A stretch of 64,000 nt of DNA from Eukaryota sp. TZLM1-RC (taxonomy: Eukaryota; Protista; Metamonada: BaSk clade). The notes beneath the pieces are model-generated. The model was not told the DNA's origin. It worked only from the letters and a program-made list of their open reading frames with translations, and made no database searches. Location: assembly GCA_040285825.1 (NCBI GenBank), contig JAUPSS010000009.1:186001-250000 (forward strand), given 5' to 3'. This document shows, one piece after another, positions 32,636 through 45,200 of this stretch. Every line of letters starts with the position of its first letter. The stretch's first letter is position 1. Made by a program: the position numbers and the translations under genes.

Positions 32636-34404
32636 GTTAATTTCTTAGAATAAGTCCTTTAAAACAACAAATACAATGATTGTTTGGGTGTAGTACAGAC
32701 GTCACTCGATTTCATAACAGCAAGCATCAATATAAAAATGGCTGTTTTGGTGGCATAAAGGAATGTGCGGTTGTGAGTGGTGAAAGGTTCGGAAAAATTT
32801 TGATTAGTGTGGACAATTTCGACCTCCATTCATTTAGTGAACGATGATTTGTTTTGTATTCAGCTCTCGATAAGTGCTGAAGTTCAAGTCATTGGGCCAA
32901 AATGCTGTCACAAATAATACCATCAATGTAGTTCTTTCGTCCAATGATAGAATCGATTTACTCATTGATGTGAAGACATGATCAATTCTCATTAAGCAAT
33001 CATGCAAATTGGGAGTAACATCAGATTGAATCGGAATGATGTATTTTTGCAAAAGTCCTCTACTTGATAGAGTAAATGAATAGTATACTGTAAAATCAAC
33101 TAAGGTCCTATTTTGACTGTCAGAATTTAAAGATGTTTCAACATCTACTGGTGTATCACATGACAGCTATTAACATATTTTGCATTGAGTTTATTTTTCA
33201 TTGCATTGAGTATTCTTTTTATTCTCGGGATAATCTGTTGCAACAGTGGTTTTCTATTTTGAAATACTTAATAAAGAATTTTAAATTACAAGTGCTCAAA
33301 AAGGAAATTATACTACCACAAATGGAGTTGTAATCACATTTTACAATATTTTTAAATCATTTGAACGAATAAAACTATGTGATGTTATGTTTTCGTTGTT
33401 TTTTGAAATAATTCTGCAGCAAATATGCTCTTCATAAATTTGAAAGAAAATAGAATGAAATAATTAATGAGTATAATATAATAGCTAATTCCTATCGAAA
33501 ACGCCCACCATTTAGCGTGATATTCACATAACTGAAAATTTTATGTTGCAAATTTTTCTGTATGTTAACAGTTCAGCTTGCAATTCAGCTTGCTCTCGCC
33601 AAATGACAGTCGGACAGTGTATATAGAATATCTCTACTTTGATGAAATAAAAAATGGTTGTAGTTAAAAACCTTAAAGGTTGTATCTCTTTGTGTTCTAA
33701 TAAAAGATCATATCAAAGATCTGCGCCAACATTGTTAGATCTAATAGTTTTATCTAATTTAATTATCAGAATTCTACAACCGAGTTTTGTCGGGCTAGTT
33801 CAAATACCCTGAAGAACTGAGATGTTCGCAATTTACAGGACTTGTCAAAACTCCAAAAATGGATTTTCGTCCGCAGTAATGAAGTGATTTTTCAAAGTTA
33901 GCAAAATACTGTTTCAGAATGTTGTTTCAAACAGATTTAACGAAAATCCAAAAGAAGCTTTTTATCTGTTTTTCTGTAATTAGCACCCCTGATGAAATTG
34001 CTTCAGCAGTATTTGCAACAGGTGTATCATTTCATTGCGATGAATCGAATAAGCCTTTTTTGTTGGATCTCAATATTACCGTAAATTCAATTCATTGGTG
34101 CAGTATCAATGATGCCACGACAAAATACTTACCGTAATCCTGAACTTATTTTTAAAGATCATATCAACATTTCTTTGATAAGTTGAATTCAAAGTTGAAA
34201 TTGACCAAAAAATGAGATTAGATGTACGGAAACATATTAAATTTACCATTATACGACTTTGATGCCGTTAGGGAGAAATTCCAAAGAAGAAAAGACAGAG
34301 AAAAGAAGCATTTATTAATAAAGATACTTGTTTTTCATCACGTTCCACGTCATCTCGGGAAATTTTCAGATGTCTACTAGCCTAGTTTATTAGCAACAGC
34401 AACA

Positions 34405-34614
34405 CTACTTCTTACCATTTTTTTCTTTCAACAGTTTTGTAAACCATTTAGCATGATGAAGAGAGGAAAATTGTGAAATACTGTGGCACGTAATGCAGAT
34501 GATTTCGTGTTTAACTGTAGCAGGGCAAGCACGAGCTAGATGACCTTTCTGATGACATTTGAAACATGTCCCGTCAGTCAGATTGCGAGATCTATGGGAT
34601 GATCGAGACTTCAT
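34405..34614 (-). pseudogene. Gag-like CCHC zinc-knuckle fragment (different retroelement family)
   Basis: CFKCHQKGHLARAC. Confidence 0.55.
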
Positions 34615-34621
34615 GCATTTT

Positions 34622-37600
34622 TTACTCAGCTAGACATAATGAAAGGGGAAAGTGACACCAGCGAAGAATTCTACAAACTGTTAAAAGAAGATGCAGAAAC
34701 TTACCTTGAACCAACAGATTTCTGTTTGTTTGAGCAGCTCCCTCCTATGTGGAGTTCAATCCGAAAAAGAGGCAGCAACGTCGTTTTTCAGACGCTCGGT
34801 TTCGTCCATGATACCCAAAAAATGTTTGAGATTTTCCTAAACAAAAGGAACGAACTAATAAAAGCTCCTGGCAAAATGAGCAGAAAGATTTACGGCAGAA
34901 GCGCAGAACGCCGTCCCAAAATCTGCGGAATGGTCAAACGGATCAATTAGATCATGCCACACCAACTATTGATAGAATTGTTTATGAGGCCTCTCATTTG
35001 GACCAGTTTGGTAGGCGTATAAGCGTATAAGGGTACCCTGCATTGAGCAAAGAAGTAGGACTGATTCTAACGACATCCTACTTTACATATTGCCTGTTTG
35101 GTTTGATTCCAAATTCGATACAGCCATTTACAATTATATGGAGCTAACAGCGGGAGCTCCTACTTACTTCAAAAAATAAATCGACCAGAAGGATAGCTTA
35201 AAAGCGAACACGCTTGAACCAGTATCCCCCTGTTTTGATGCTGATTTCTTAAATAAAATATATTCGAAATGATCTTGTCTATTCGCGTATATGAGTCGTC
35301 CTGACAATTGAATTCAACAACCTGGCAACTTGTTAACTAAGAAGAGAAATTTCAGGCAATGGCTGACGGGAGATTCATTTACAGTGTTTCCCCTTCTTGA
35401 ACATCCTATATTGGCTCCTAATATTGCGGGAAAAGCCAACCGCTACAAGTTTGCTCAATAGACAGTATTTTTGATCACATTTCAACAGTGAATGCATCAA
35501 ATCTGTAAAATAACGAGTGACCTCTCAACAGGGAAAATTGAGTTCCTCCCACCCCATGAGCACAAAGAACCTAGAAGTTGATTTAAAACTAAACAGGCCA
35601 GATTCGCAAGAAACAGCTCCGCTTCAATTTCCTCAAAGGACCCGTCATTCTGATAGATCGATGAGTTTAAAGGATTTTCAATCTTCTAGAAGGGCTATTG
35701 GCATGAGTATAGCCAGCAGTCTTCAGAGACAAATTAATTCTCGGTCCAAAGATATCGATTATAATAGACCTCAATTTTTTCAAAACACGACTGAATCAAC
35801 AAGATGCGCATAACATTGTTTGTATTGAAATTTCAAACATGCAATAATTACGAGCGTAAAAATCTAATAGAAGCTTTGAAACCCCAAATTAATCAGATTG
35901 CACTGGAGTCTATCTCATAACTACCCACCTATTCAAAGAAGGGCAGACACAACTGACACCAAAAAAAAGTTTGAGATCTCCCTTCACATATACGAAACGA
36001 AATTACGAAAGATATGACTCAGCCTTTGGTAAAAATTGACCCAGCTATAACAGGTAAGATCGGGCATCCATTTCATTATTACAAAATGTTTAGGATCGTG
36101 ATGATGAGTACATGCCCTACCGGAATTTCTAGTATGATAGACCCCGGCCTTCCATCAAGATGGCAAAGTCAAGGGCTATTCGAAGTTGATTACACCGACA
36201 CCGACGGCATGCTGTTTTTATTAAAAAGAACAGTTTACCTTATATCACGAGGCTTGCACTGCCCTGATTAAATCTTTGAAATAATTGGAAAAAATCAGCA
36301 AAAGATACGAATTTGGTCGATACGTTGAAAACTTCAATGACGTCCTTAAAATGACCGCATATATGACCGACCTAGCAATTACAAATCTAGCTAAAAGTAG
36401 CAAAGGCTTAATAACCATATCTAAAGACCCCCGTTGTTCTAGACGTAAAGTGTGCAAGGAGGAGAGATTCAAAATCGGAGAAGCTGATGAGCATGCCAAC
36501 AGAGACAGTGTAGAGAGATGCAGAGGTCATCGAAGTAGACATGTAAATAGGTTTACGTTTCGTTGCTGAGGAGACCGTTTTAGAGGTCATAAAAACAGAG
36601 GTATGTACAGACGTATACATAACCCCAAGACATCAGAACACAAATCATCACACGGATCCCCTACTGAGAACAAACCAACTAGTTCGAGCACAGCTCCTCA
36701 CAAACGGATCAATAACGGCAACATGAATAGCAGAACAGGCAACTTTCCAAATCGAGTGAATATCAACGCAATCAATCATAGTCAATTACCAACTTGTTTT
36801 CGGAAACCCAGTCAACAACTATCCAAGAGCCCAACAAAAACTTTTAATTTTTCTACAAATTCACCAAATTAGTTCCGATATCAACAGTAATTTTGATATT
36901 AATTGTACGGTTAGTGAACAACAAATCCCAGAGTATTCCGTTTCTAAGACTGGAGATATCAATAAATGATATTAAGATGATTACGACTATTGATTCGGCT
37001 GCGTTTTGTTCGGTTATTACTGCGGATTTAGTTAATCAATGCCACATGTCAATTAATAATAAATAAACTATTCAGTTTTTGCCAGGTGATAACATATCTA
37101 CAAAATCGCTAGGGAGTGAAACTGATATTCTGTCGTTCAACGTAGGAAGCATTGCGCAACAAGTACATTACAGACATACTCTTTTTTATAATCCCGGGTT
37201 CGAACAAATTATTAATAGGGACAGACATGTTAAAAGCACTTGGGCTTGAGGCTGATGATGGTCTTTTTTAGATTGGACCTAAAAATGCCGCATTTTGTGA
37301 AGTACAGAATCGAAATTTGACTTTAGAATCGCTCAACATTCGATTGGGAACTTGAAAATCCAATCATCGAGTTTTTCTGATTTTGAGGAGCAATTAACAT
37401 GATCTATAGTTGAAATAAAAATAGATGATATTAATATAATATTATATACTATATAATATAATAATAAAAACAATAATAATAATAATAATAATAATAAATA
37501 TAATATAATAATATAATATAATATAATATATAATAATAGTATATATAATATATTATATTATATTATATTAATACTAAATTAAAAAGAACGAGTCTATTCA

Positions 37601-38010
37601 AAATTTCAACGATCTTTTAGTGCTTCAAACAAAAAAGGTATTGATTGTAGTCCTCTCACAATCCCCTTTTGCGATGAAAATGATGATGTCCACAAGCCTG
37701 TTCGACGGTTCAGCCCAAGCAAACTGGAAATAATCAATAAAATATTCGACGAATTGATAGAAATGGGTTATGCAGTTGAATCCAATTATAGATTCAGCTG
37801 TCCTATTGTCCTAGGTATTTACCCAGATGATAGAAAACCTAGGTTAACTGGTGACTTTAGTGGGAAAGATGGTGTTAATGCACATACAATTTCAGTCAAA
37901 CCTAATCTGCCGCGGATTAGTGATAAATTAGAAGTTTAAGTAGAGCTGACTACATTGCCACGCTTGATTTACCTAAAGCTTTCTACCCAATGAAAGTAGC
38001 AGAACAAGGT
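34622..38010 (+). mobile_element. Degenerate copy (gag-protease-RT start) of the element at 40770-47883
   Basis: Colinear peptide matches (FYKLLKEDAETYLEPTDFCLFEQLPP; MMSTCPTGISSMI; IDSAAFCS; KPRLTGDFSGKDGVNAHT) with many stops and an internal gag deletion. Confidence 0.92.
37428..37575. repeat. AT-only microsatellite (AAT/AATAT units)
   Basis: ~150 bp of almost pure A/T inside the decayed retroelement. Confidence 0.9.
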
Positions 38011-38652
38011 CAATATTTAAGAAGCAGACAACAACAAACCCGTGCAATTTCATCTTGACAATAAACAAATATTGTGGGTAGTTTTTGGTCACGTTTCTCA
38101 AACGTTTTTGTAAACACAGCAGTATTGACAGACCAAAAACTGATCAGACCGAGAACAATGAATCGACCACACCGAAATACATTTCAAGCAGGGAAAATGA
38201 TACGTGTTGATTGAAGCTACCTAACTAAATCTGTTCCGAGCAACAATAGGTTATCTAGAATAGCGTCAATCGAAAGATTGTTAAGGTAGAGACCATTCAT
38301 GATGGCTGAATAAGAACTTCTTTCTAAATTTGATTAAAAAAAGCAATACCTCTACGGTAGATTTATTTCAAAATGTAATAAATTTCTAAACAAAAGAATC
38401 AAAACTACAAGCTCAATCGTCTTGACATCTGCTGACTTCCTTCAAGGTACCACCAATCCAAACCATAGTACACTAATAGTGGTTCTGTTGACTCCATGTT
38501 TAACTGATGCTATCTTCCAATTGGAAGACTCTCACGAAGGTACTGTTACATGTTTGGGTCGCATCAACTGTAGTTACTCTCCTTGAGGTAATGATAACCG
38601 CCAACTATATTAGAAGTATTGGACAAAAGTTTAATGTAACAAAGTCACAATA

Positions 38653-40118
38653 TTATATACTATAAGGTTTGATTTCATTACAACTAGAGACGAATTCACA
38701 GCTATCCATGGACATGTTAGAACTGGTAAAGAAGGTACAAGCTGCACGACGGATTAAAGGGTTATGGAAGCCGAGCCCACCAAGGCCAACAGTCAAAAAG
38801 TTTTGGTCAACTAAATTGTAAACACCTTCTGAGTAATTGAATTTACGTATCGACTCTCGGTCGTTGAAAGTCAAATTGGTGACATCATAAATGATGGTTT
38901 TGAGCTGGTCTGGAAAAGTTGCAAAAACATTTACAATTTCAACACATCCGGATAAGATAGCTGAAGAATCATTAGCATAACCTTGAATCAGTCGTGGAGA
39001 TGGGCCAACATCTCGCATTGTCTTATTAAAGTCTATTCCCAATCTAGTAGTGAGGTTTAGGATTTGTTCATCAAGAGGATAACTGAACCAATGAAGTGAC
39101 ACCACTCTGCGAATCATTGGATAGATGGTGGTGTAGTAAGTAGACCAATCAGAGGCCGTAAAATAAATGGGGAATGGAAGACTTGTATGAGATCCAAAGT
39201 GACGGAACAGATCCACCATTGGGGAATCCTTTTGTAAGACCTGGACATCATCAATGACCAAAGTAAACTTGTTGGAATCAAGGGCATCCTGTGCCATAAA
39301 CAAGCACTCTTCTTCGCTTAATTGATTGACATTTAAGCCAATAGTCTTAAGATTACGACAAATGGAAGTTCTTCCGGACAACCAAAGAACATTTCGCTTT
39401 TCTAGAAACTTATACAATGCAACAGATTTTCCACAACCAGGTTGCCCAGCAAGAACTACCAGCAGTGTGTCGCTTGCACGACTGATGGTATCCATAAGGT
39501 CTAGGTTAACAGTTCGATTGAAAGGTGGAAGTGAAACACCAATAGGGAGAAATCACCCAGCGTGTGTGTCTCCAGAATGGAGTTCAAAGCATGGGGTGCA
39601 TGACGACAGTGAGATATGTTAAGTAAAACCACGGAAAGTATTGGGACGAGCCAAGTGAAAAGGGCAAAAACAACCTTTTCGTCCAGTCCAAGCTTTCTAA
39701 GGAAGGGAAGTATCATAAGCAGACAAGTGATAGCAGCGCCATAAACAACCAACTGATACCAAAATGTGAACGCTTCTTCAAAGTTGTACGTGAGAAAGTT
39801 AGTACTGATGAGAAAGATCGACGCAAGAACTGCCAAAATGACAGCATCAGACATGCAGCACGAGTTATCAACATCTTTGAAAAAACTTCCTGGGAAACGA
39901 CGAAGAAATCGCACAACAACATACCAACATGTGAATACAAAAATAGAAAATTGGACTATGAGAATTTCGTGGATCAAACTAACATTCCAGAAACGGAACC
40001 AGAAACTACCCACAGAAAGAACAACTGTGAATAGACACATGAAACAAAGAACGATAGAATCTGCTATAGTCATTGTTGAGATATGACAAAGACAAAGAAG
40101 CTGGTATTGTGAAAACTC
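38653..40118 (-). pseudogene. Multi-pass membrane protein + P-loop NTPase (STAND-like), probably one gene with a frameshift near 39550 and its start disrupted by transposons
   Basis: About 5 hydrophobic helices in the 39501 ORF. Walker A GQPGCGKS, Walker B LVIDD and GPSPR in the 38653 ORF, whose frame stays open upstream to ~39555. Confidence 0.6.
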
Positions 40119-40757
40119 CAGTGATCGGACACCATCTCGTGGTCCAACTTTATCACCATGTGGACCATGTGGTACCACGTGGTGGTTTTCTTGGTGGTCA
40201 ATTTCATTTCATTATTCCTTTCTCCTTTCTTTGTTCCAGATACCATGGCCTGGTAGCAAACACCCTGTATTTGAATACATTTCCCCTAATAATGCTTATG
40301 ATGAAGTGGAATATTCGAGAGGACGCCTACATACCATATGTGACTTTTATTCATATGGATGAATGCTGAAATAGTAAAAATGATGGAAGAGATGGAAGAA
40401 ATTGCAGAGGCAGAAGTTGCAGAGGCTGTCAACGAGCAGGACCAAGCAGCAGATTATTCACTGCATGAGGAACTCCTACCGATCCTTGTTATTTCAGAAA
40501 TCTTTATGTTTCGGAGGATATTGAGGAGGAATGATATGATCTCAAATGCGTTTTTCTTTCGGTAGATGAGTTATGGGTTTAGTATTTGTTAGTGGAAATA
40601 AACATGTTTTATTCATAATGATTTGACAATGTCAGAAGGTAACAGCATTTTATAGACTAAAAAATACACCACCATGTGGTCCAATTTTACCACCATGTGG
40701 ACGACGTGGTGGTACATGGTGGTTGGTGCTACCGCGTGGTCAGAATTCCGAACACTG
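40119..40757. mobile_element. Non-autonomous hAT element (639 bp)
   Basis: 8-bp TSD GAAAACTC (40111-40118, 40758-40765), TIR CAGTGATCGGA / CAGTGTTCGGA, and subterminal ACCA(T/C)GTGG repeats at both ends. Confidence 0.92.
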
Positions 40758-40978
40758 GAAAACTCCATATGTTGCCTAAAGTCTATTGTAGTAAAGAAAA
40801 GTCTGATTTATTTTCTATTCATATTATAAAAGCCTTAGGGCGCCAACACTGCTTCTTCCCTTTTTCAAAATAAATCAGCTTATATGAATATGAAATAAAA
40901 ACTATATACAAATAACGAAATAACTATAAATAAATACATATAATCGATATAATATTAATATTCGATATAAACTAAGAA

Positions 40979-41599
40979 TTAGCTCCTCTTCCTAATTCTA
41001 TTACTGCGTCTAGGCTTCTTAGAAGGCGTAGACTCATTGGAGGTACCTTGTCGTCGACTAGTGGTACGTTTACCAATTTTCTTGTTATCCTTACTAAATG
41101 ACTTATAAGCTTCTGAGTGTTTAATCGAATGGAGTGGCTCTTCTGTTGTCTCACCGCCAAACCACTGAACAGTACAGAAACTACCTGAATCAGAGTGGTA
41201 TTCTGAGAGGATTTTCTCTATAACGTGTTTTTCGGAATCGCCTGCAGCGACTGCCTTGAGGAATTCAATGTCCTGTGGATTATCTGCGTTATAGATTTTG
41301 CAATCTTTCTTGGCAGCTTTTAATTCTGTGCCAGTAGTAAGATTCTTCAATAATAAAGTGGATGTGGAAGGAAGGTCAATAACTAAAAATGGTCCATTCC
41401 AAGATCCATGCAATTTATTATTTTGCTTGGTTTTACGTAAGACGTAGTCACCAATATTAAATATTATAAGACACGAATTAGTATTATCTACTGAAGACGG
41501 AGTATTTAATGTTTGGTGACGCTCTGCTTCTTCCCTTTTTTCTTGTAGACGAGTGTTTTTCACTTTGATGTCATCTAATAAAGGGATATTAGTTGGGAT
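40979..41599 (-). CDS. Integrase C-terminus (GPF motif + chromodomain-like)
   Basis: KLHGSWNGPF; HVIEKIL...TVQWFGGETTEEP. Confidence 0.85.
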   Translation of the reverse strand: MPTNIPLLDDIKVKNTRLQEKREEAERHQTLNTPSSVDNTNSCLIIFNIGDYVLRKTKQNNKLHGSWNGPFLVIDLPSTSTLLLKNLTTGTELKAAKKDCKIYNADNPQDIEFLKAVAAGDSEKHVIEKILSEYHSDSGSFCTVQWFGGETTEEPLHSIKHSEAYKSFSKDNKKIGKRTTSRRQGTSNESTPSKKPRRSNRIRKRS

Positions 41600-42249
41600 T
41601 TTTACTGGCCCAATATGAGAAAGGACCTTATTAATCATGTCAAAAGATGCCCAACTTGTCAAAAAACGGCTCCAGTTAAAAGATCAAAAACACCTTCCAC
41701 AGGATCTTTATGGGCAGATGGTCCTTTTGCCAGATTAAATGTCGATTCAATTGGACCCCTAAATTCTGACAACGAAGGAAATAAATATCTATTAGTATTT
41801 GTAGACTCTTTTACTGGATATACAATCTTAGTCCCTCTAAAAGAACTCAATGCCTTAGAAAGCGCAGATGCCTTGATTTGGAATGTTTGCGCTATCTTCG
41901 GCATACCTATGTTAATTCATAGTGATAATGGACCTGAGTTCGCCAATGAGACTTTCAAAATAGTGTGTAACAGATTAGCGATTGAGATGAGTAACTCAAT
42001 TCCCCACTATTCAGAAAGTAATGGACTTGTAGAACGTAAACATAGAGACGTTCTTCAATGCTTAAGGAAACTATTAATAGATTTCAATGATTACGGAAAT
42101 TGGTCTACATACGTACCTATATCCCAACTATTAATAAATTCTACTAAAAGCAGAAAAACTGGTTTTACCCCATACGAACTCATGTTCGGTTCTTCGATTG
42201 AACCAAGAACAGACCCTGCTAATATATTAGGAAATTTATCCAAATTTAT
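41598..42249 (+). other. Inverted integrase core segment
   Basis: Plus strand reads DFYWPNMRKDL..CPTCQ..VDSIGP..HSDNGPEF..NGLVER, opposite to the rest of pol. Confidence 0.92.
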
Positions 42250-45200
42250 ATCGCTTTTGGATAGTTTGTGTAAACTATCGTTTTTGCTAGGGTGACCAGA
42301 TTGAACCAAACCATGTATTAATAGAAGTGCCTGTTTTCTGAGGCTCTTTGGAATCAAAATTATGTTTTTATTATTTTTCCAAATTTGAGTATTTTCATCT
42401 AGAATTGCATTTTCAAATAACGAGTCGTTGTTGTTTTTGGCTATTTGTTGTTCAGATCTTATCTTAGAGAACCAAGAAGAAAAGATAGGTAGGTCTTGGT
42501 GTCTACTTAGAGATGAGATTGATGGGATGTCCGAATCAGAATCATCGTCTAGTGGAGGTATCTCGTAATTTGAAAGTAAAGTATCTGGTATATTTATACT
42601 ACAAATAGAAGGAGCTTCCTCATTTTGATCCAAATCAATATTCCTCGATAACATATCTGCCCAATGGTTGTCTTCACCAGGTTCGTGGACTATGTCAAAG
42701 TCGAATTCAGATAGTATCGGCAGCCATCTCTTTACAATTCTATTTTTCTCTGGGGCTGTAGCCAGGAATGCAATGTTTTTATGGTCTGTGAAAATTGTTA
42801 AATGTCTAGTTAACAAGTAGCTTTCTAAACAACTTTCAGTTAAAATCAAAAGTATTGCATATAATTCTTTTTGTAAGGTGGACCATCTTCTTTGTGTTTC
42901 TGTAAGTAATCTACTATAGAATGACAAAGGTTTTACTTTCCTTTTATTTAGCGGGGTTCCTGCAGGGGAGTAGGGTTCAATTTCTTGCCAAATAACACCT
43001 CCTACTGCTACATCTGAAGCGTCAGTACTTATCAATACTCGCTTGCCCGGAGCTGGTAATTCAAGGGGCATGTGGTTTACTATTAAGTCTTTTATTTGTT
43101 TTAAGTAATCGTCATGCTTGCTAGTCCATTTAATTATTCTGGGTTTTCCTTTAATTAGCTCGTTAATTGGAGCAATTAATTCAGAAATACCTGGAAGCCA
43201 ATCTCTAATATAATTTATGGATCCTACCAATGAGCGAACTTCTTTCACTGTTTTTGGTCTAGGGATTCTCATCAAGGCTTCGATTTTTTTCTTACTTATA
43301 AATCTAGTTTTATCCTGGAAGGTACTTCCTAAAATGTCGATAGGGTGTTTTGATGTTACGAATTTACATTTACGTAAGCCTATATTTACACGTCTATTTC
43401 TGGCGCATTGGAGGACTCTTTGTAATCTCTTATAAAATTCTTCGAATGTCGTTCCAACTATTATGATATCGTCAATGTATATGAAAACGCCATCAATTTG
43501 GAATATTTCCATCATTACGTTTTGAAAAACTGCTGGGATATTCTTTAATCCGAAGCAAGCTCTTTTAAACATAATTGACCTTCCAGGGATTGAGGTTGAT
43601 GTTTTCTCAATGTCCTTTTCAGCTACATTCATCTGCCAGAAAGCTTTTGGTAAATCAGACGTGGCTATGTAATCTGCTCTACTTAAAAACTCTAAAAAAT
43701 CACTAATCCTAGGTAGATTAGGCTCTACTGAAATCGTGTGGGCATTGACTCCATCTTTACCACTAAAGTCTCCCGTTAACCTGGGTTTCTTGCCGTCAGG
43801 ATATATAACTAAGACAATAGGAGAGCTGAAGTTATAATTAGATTCAACTGCATAGCCCATTTCGATCAGTTCATCAAATATTTTGTTTGCTATTTCCATT
43901 TTGCTGGGATTTAACCGTCTAGCAGGCTTGTGTACTATAGCATTCTCATCTCTAAAGGGGATTGTTAGAGGATTACAATCGATTCCTTTTCTATTAGGAG
44001 TTTCACTAAAAACATCGCTGAATAATTTTAGTAGGCTCGTTAAATTCAATTTATTATTACTATCATCTAAATTTATCTCACATCCAGATCTTGCTAATTG
44101 CTCCTCAAAATCAGAAAGACTTGGTGATTGGTTATCTAAGTTCCCAATCGAATGTTGAGCGATCCTGGAGTCGAATTCTGATTCTGCATTTAGCAAAGTG
44201 CGGTGTTCTTTGTCTAATCTAATGAAAAGACCATCATCCGTCTGAAGCCCAAGTGCTTTTAACATGTCTGTCCCTATTAATAATTTGTTCGAACCCGGGA
44301 TTATGGGAAGAGTATGTTTATAGTGAACTTGTTGCGCAATGCTTCCTACGTTGAACGACAGAATACCAGTTGCACTCCCTAGCGATTTTGTGGATACGTT
44401 ATTAGCTGGTAAGAACTTAATAGTATCCTTGCTATTGATTGACATATGGCATTGTTCAGCTAAATCTGCAGTAATAACTGAACAAAACGCAGCCGAATCT
44501 ATAGTCGCAATCATTTTAATATCATTTATTGATATCTCCAGTCTTAGAAATGGAGAACGCTGGGACCTGATGTGGTTTTTACTAACCGTAGAATTAATAT
44601 CAAAAATACTATTGATATCAGAGCTGGTTTGGTGAATTTGTAGAGGAATTAAAAGATTTTGTTGAGCTGTTGGAAAGTTGTTGACTGGGTTTCCTAAATC
44701 GGTAGTTGATTGATTGTGATTGATTGCGTTGATATGTACCCGATTAGGAAAGTTGCCTGTCCTGCTGTTCCGGTTGCTGTTGTTAATCCGTCTGTGAGGA
44801 ACCGTACTCGAACGGGTCGGTTTTGACTCAGTAAGGGATGCGTTTGATGATATGTCCTCTGTTGTGTTTATGTTATGTATAGGTCTGTACTGACCTTTTC
44901 CTTTATGACCTCTAAAACGGCCTCCACGGCCTCTAAATCTGAATCTATGTACACGTCTACCACGGCCACCTCGGCCCCTTTCTACACTGCCTCTACTAGC
45001 AGGCGCCTCCTGTTCTCCTAATCTGAATATTTCTTCTTTGGGAACTCTGCTTCTAGCACAACGAGGGTCCTTGCATTCGAATACAGTGTGGCCAACAGGA
45101 TTGTTACCTTCGACGTTGCTGCAGAATGTACAGAATTTTGATCCTTCTCGTTCATGCTTTTCAGGGATGCATTTGTGTTGAGGGGTTCCTCTTGACTTTC

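Noticed and set aside
40119-40178. Listed N-terminus MVPHGPHG of the 39501 ORF
   Set aside because: It derives from the hAT element's subterminal repeats, not the original gene.
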